Source: Salpingoeca rosetta
Taxonomy: Eukaryota; Protista; Choanoflagellata
NCBI GenBank assembly: GCA_033442325.1
Contig: JAWQFM010000009.1
Location: 203,512 to 267,511, forward strand
Direction of reading: 5' to 3'
Length of the DNA: 64,000 bases
Shown here piece by piece: positions 60,293-64,000 of the stretch; position 1 is the stretch's first letter, and each line of letters starts with the position of its first letter. Made by a program: the position numbers and the translations under genes. Below the pieces are notes generated by a model. It was not told the origin of the DNA, searched no databases, and was given only the letters and a program-made list of their open reading frames with translations.

Positions 60293-63200
60293 TGTTGACA
60301 GGCAAGTCCTGTCTGCTGAGTCATCATTGACCTCCCTTCTTCACGACACCACAAATTCACATTCACCTCTCTTGTGTTCTGGAATGTTCACGTGATTTCC
60401 CTCCAACCTGTTGCACGTGCAGTGTTTACCTTGTGTGGTTGCTCGATGTTACATGCTCTTGCATAACACACCACATAACCACACAACTCTCAACAAACAC
60501 TGCCACGTCACCACTTTGCGTTGTCGACAATTCTTGTCTTCTGCTCTGTTTCTTTCTGTTGGAGTGTTCATTCATCCTACATCCTTGTTTGCTTCACAAC
60601 TCAAGTAAACACACACAACTTCCTCTTGNNNNNNNNNNNNNNNNNNNNNNNNNNNNNNNNNNNNNNNNNNNNNNNNNNNNNNNNNNNNNNNNNNNNNNNN
60701 NNNNNNNNNNNNNNNNNNNNNNNNNNNNNNNNNNNNNNNNNNNNNNNNNNNNNNNNNNNNNNNNNNNNNNNNNNNNNNNNNNNNNNNNNNNNNNNNNNNN
60801 NNNNNNNNNNNNNNNNNNNNNNNNNNNNNNNNNNNNNNNNNNNNNNNNNNNNNNNNNNNNNNNNNNNNNNNNNNNNNNNNNNNNNNNNNNNNNNNNNNNN
60901 NNNNNNNNNNNNNNNNNNNNNNNNNNNNNNNNNNNNNNNNNNNNNNNNNNNNNNNNNNNNNNNNNNNNNNNNNNNNNNNNNNNNNNNNNNNNNNNNNNNN
61001 NNNNNNNNNNNNNNNNNNNNNNNNNNNNNNNNNNNNNNNGACGAGGGCGATGGCGACGACCACCGGCGCTCAGCCATCTTCCTCCTCTTCCTCTCTCCCT
61101 TCTTCGCACTCGAGCGGAGGAGCGCAGGTGGCGTCCCGAGCCTCTGGCCTGCTGGATCCCCGTGATCCACAGGTTGACGCAGCCATCTTCGCGTTCCTCC
61201 TTGGCGTCCTGACGGGACACCCGCTGCGGCTGGCCATCACCGACAATCGTGGCCGCTCAGGTGTGCTTGCGCTGCGCCGCCTCCGCGAGCGCTACATCCG
61301 CAGCGGCAAGGACCACGTCAGTCGTCTCAGGCAGCAGCTCTCCTCGACCACCTGGTTGCCCACGGACACCGTTGACACGTTCATGTCCCGCATCACGGAC
61401 ATCAACTCGCAGCTCCTCGCTGCCGGCGTGTCCATCCCGGAGGACGACCTGCGCACCCTCGTCCGCAACGAACTCCCCGCAGAGTTTGATGTGGCGATGC
61501 GGTTCATGGAGCGCGAGGACCCGCCGCCATCGCTGTCCAAGATGACGGCGGACCTCATCCAGGAGGAGCGCCGCCTGCATCGTCCCAAGAAGCGCACGCC
61601 CGTGCTCGCCATCGGCGGGCCAAGCCCCGGCTCCTTCGCTGCATCGCCGATGCACGCTGGCACGTCGCCCTCCGACACGAGCGGTGGACCATGCTGTCCA
61701 CCTGCAGAGCGCGTGACTTGCGCGTTCTGCAACTTCCGCGGCCACTGCGCGCAGCAGTGCCGCAAGCTGCAGGCGGCCAAGCGCTACCACGTCATCGACG
61801 TGCGGCAGATCCTGGCTACGCTTCGCAACCACGGCAACGGCAACGGCAAGCGGCCAGGATNNNNNNNNNNNNNNNNNNNNNNNNNNNNNNNNNNNNNNNN
61901 NNNNNNNNNNNNNNNNNNNNNNNNNNNNNNNNNNNNNNNNNNNNNNNNNNNNNNNNNNNNNNNNNNNNNNNNNNNNNNNNNNNNNNNNNNNNNNNNNNNN
62001 NNNNNNNNNNNNNNNNNNNNNNNNNNNNNNNNNNNNNNNNNNNNNNNNNNNNNNNNNNNNNNNNNNNNNNNNNNNNNNNNNNNNNNNNNNNNNNNNNNNN
62101 NNNNNNNNNNNNNNNNNNNNNNNNNNNNNNNNNNNNNNNNNNNNNNNNNNNNNNNNNNNNNNNNNNNNNNNNNNNNNNNNNNNNNNNNNNNNNNNNNNNN
62201 NNNNNNNNNNNNNNNNNNNNNNNNNNNNNNNNNNNNNNNNNNNNNNNNNNNNNNNNNNNNNNNNNNNNNNNNNNNNNNNNNNNNNNNNNNNNNNNNNNNN
62301 NNNNNNNNNNNNNNNNNNNNNNNNNNNNNNNNNNNNNNNNNNNNNNNNNNNNNNNNNNNNNNNNNNNNNNNNNNNNNNNNNNNNNNNNNNNNNNNNNNNN
62401 NNNNNNNNNNNNNNNNNNNNNNNNNNNNNNNNNNNNNNNNNNNNNNNNNNNNNNNNNNNNNNNNNNNNNNNNNNNNNNNNNNNNNNNNNNNNNNNNNNNN
62501 NNNNNNNNNNNNNNNNNNNNNNNNNNNNNNNNNNNNNNNNNNNNNNNNNNNNNNNNNNNNNNNNNNNNNNNNNNNNNNNNNNNNNNNNNNNNNNNNNNNN
62601 NNNNNNNNNNNNNNNNNNNNNNNNNNNNNNNNNNNNNNNNNNNNNNNNNNNNNNNNNNNNNNNNNNNNNNNNNNNNNNNNNNNNNNNNNNNNNNNNNNNN
62701 NNNNNNNNNNNNNNNNNNNNNNNNNNNNNNNNNNNNNNNNNNNNNNNNNNNNNNNNNNNNNNNNNNNNNNNNNNNNNNNNNNNNNNNNNNNNNNNNNNNN
62801 NNNNNNNNNNNCGCTCCGAGGCGCCACGCTGCAGACGGACAGCGACGCCGTCTTCAAGAGTCAGGACTTCACCGACCTGTGCCTGGCCTTCGACATCAAG
62901 CAGCGCTTCTCGCCACCGCACTCGCAGGCCAAGAACGGATCCGCAGAGCGCACTTTCCGCACCCTCTTCGAGACGGCGCGTACGATGCTGTTTGCTGCGG
63001 ACCTGGACAAGCCGTTCTGGGGCTTCGCCGTGCAGCACGCCACGCTGCTGCACAACATCGCGCCACGCAGGAGCCTCAAGGACAAGTCACCGTTCGAGGC
63101 CCTGACTGGGCACGCCTTCGACGTCAGCCTGTTGCGCGTCTTCGGCTCGCCGGCCTACGTGCATGTGGAGAAGAGCAGCACGCGGCACAAGCTTGACCCA

Positions 63201-64000
63201 CGCTCACGCGTCGGCGTCTACGTTGGTTTCGCCGAGGAGGACCAGGCCCACGTCGTCTGGATGCCGGACACGCGACGCGTTGTCCACACCATCCACGCTC
63301 GCTTCGGCGCCATCAAGAACAAGGACGTCGCCTCCTCTCAGCAGCAGCAAGAGCAGGACGACAGCGGTGCCTCTGCTTCGCATGCCAACAAGACCGCTCA
63401 GCGTTCAACCGAGGACAGTGCCACCGGCGCTCCCCCTGCACCACGTGCGGGGGAGCCGCAGCTCCAGCCACGCGCCCTTGGCGGCTCCGTCTGGGACCAG
63501 CTTCTGGTGTCCGAGACCCTCGGTGACAAGGACACCTCTGGTGGCTCAACCACCACGTGTCACGTTGCCACCAGCGCTGCTGGTACGGGGGAGAAGACAT
63601 CAGCAGTGGGTGGTCATCTACCAGACATCGCTGCTGGCAGTGTTGCCACATCAACTGAGCCAGCCACCGTCAAGGAGGCGCTTGCCTCGCCAGACTCTGA
63701 GGAGTGGCGCCAAGCCATCCTGGACGAGTTTGCGGCAATGCAGGCCAATGACGTCTACGACGTCGTGCCTCGCGCTGACCTTCCCAAGGGCCACAAGCTG
63801 CTCCGCAGCATGGTCATCTTTCGGAAGAAGCGTGACGACCAGGGCAAGGTGATCAAGTACAAGGCGCGCTGGGTTGCCAAAGGCTACTCCCAGGTCCACG
63901 GTGTCAACTACACGGACACCTTTGCCCCGACGGCTACCATCGCAGCCATCCGCACCATGCTCGCCATGGCCGTCGCGCGTGGCATGAACGTCCAGCAGAT
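60293..64000 (+). mobile_element. Ty1/copia element E (second D-family copy, inverted relative to D), continues past the window
   Basis: LTR starts TGTTGACAGG at 60293. gag 61040-61860 and integrase/RT 62812-64000 are near-identical reverse complements of D segments. Confidence 0.92.

Noticed and set aside
60001-60366. 121-aa minus-strand ORF in the D-E spacer
   Set aside because: Starts within the LTR, has no recognisable domain, and has atypical codon usage.
44841-63196. Long ORFs containing X runs
   Set aside because: Artefacts of reading through N gaps.

Overview
Eukaryotic, intron-rich DNA with (CA)n/(GT)n-filled introns. The style and gene content suggest a choanoflagellate such as Salpingoeca rosetta (inference). 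Positions 1-43.6 kb hold eight tightly packed genes: androglobin (ADGB, minus, runs off the left edge) head-to-head with CFAP47 across 288 bp with RFX-type sites; a CIN85/CD2AP-like triple-SH3 adaptor; PRMT7; a probably myristoylated RNI-type LRR protein; an intronless 460-aa gene of unknown function behind a 21x heptamer array; and an atypical PARG head-to-head with a UPF0489/C5orf22 gene. From about 43.8 kb to the end the window is almost all LTR retrotransposon, with six N-gaps. Copia element D contains copia B, which contains copia A and a 541-bp non-coding TRIM-like element C. A, B and C each have an exact 5-bp TSD. A second D-family copy (E) lies in inverted orientation, and chromodomain and C2H2 relics sit between elements. 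Best leads: (1) the TRIM-like mini-element; (2) the intronless orphan gene; (3) a primer-binding site shared by three copia families that matches an elongator-type tRNA-Met half and overlaps the gag ATG; (4) the ADGB/CFAP47 bidirectional promoter; (5) a PARG lacking the GGG motif. Gene spans are outer bounds of manually spliced models. Homology calls come from recalled motifs, not database searches.
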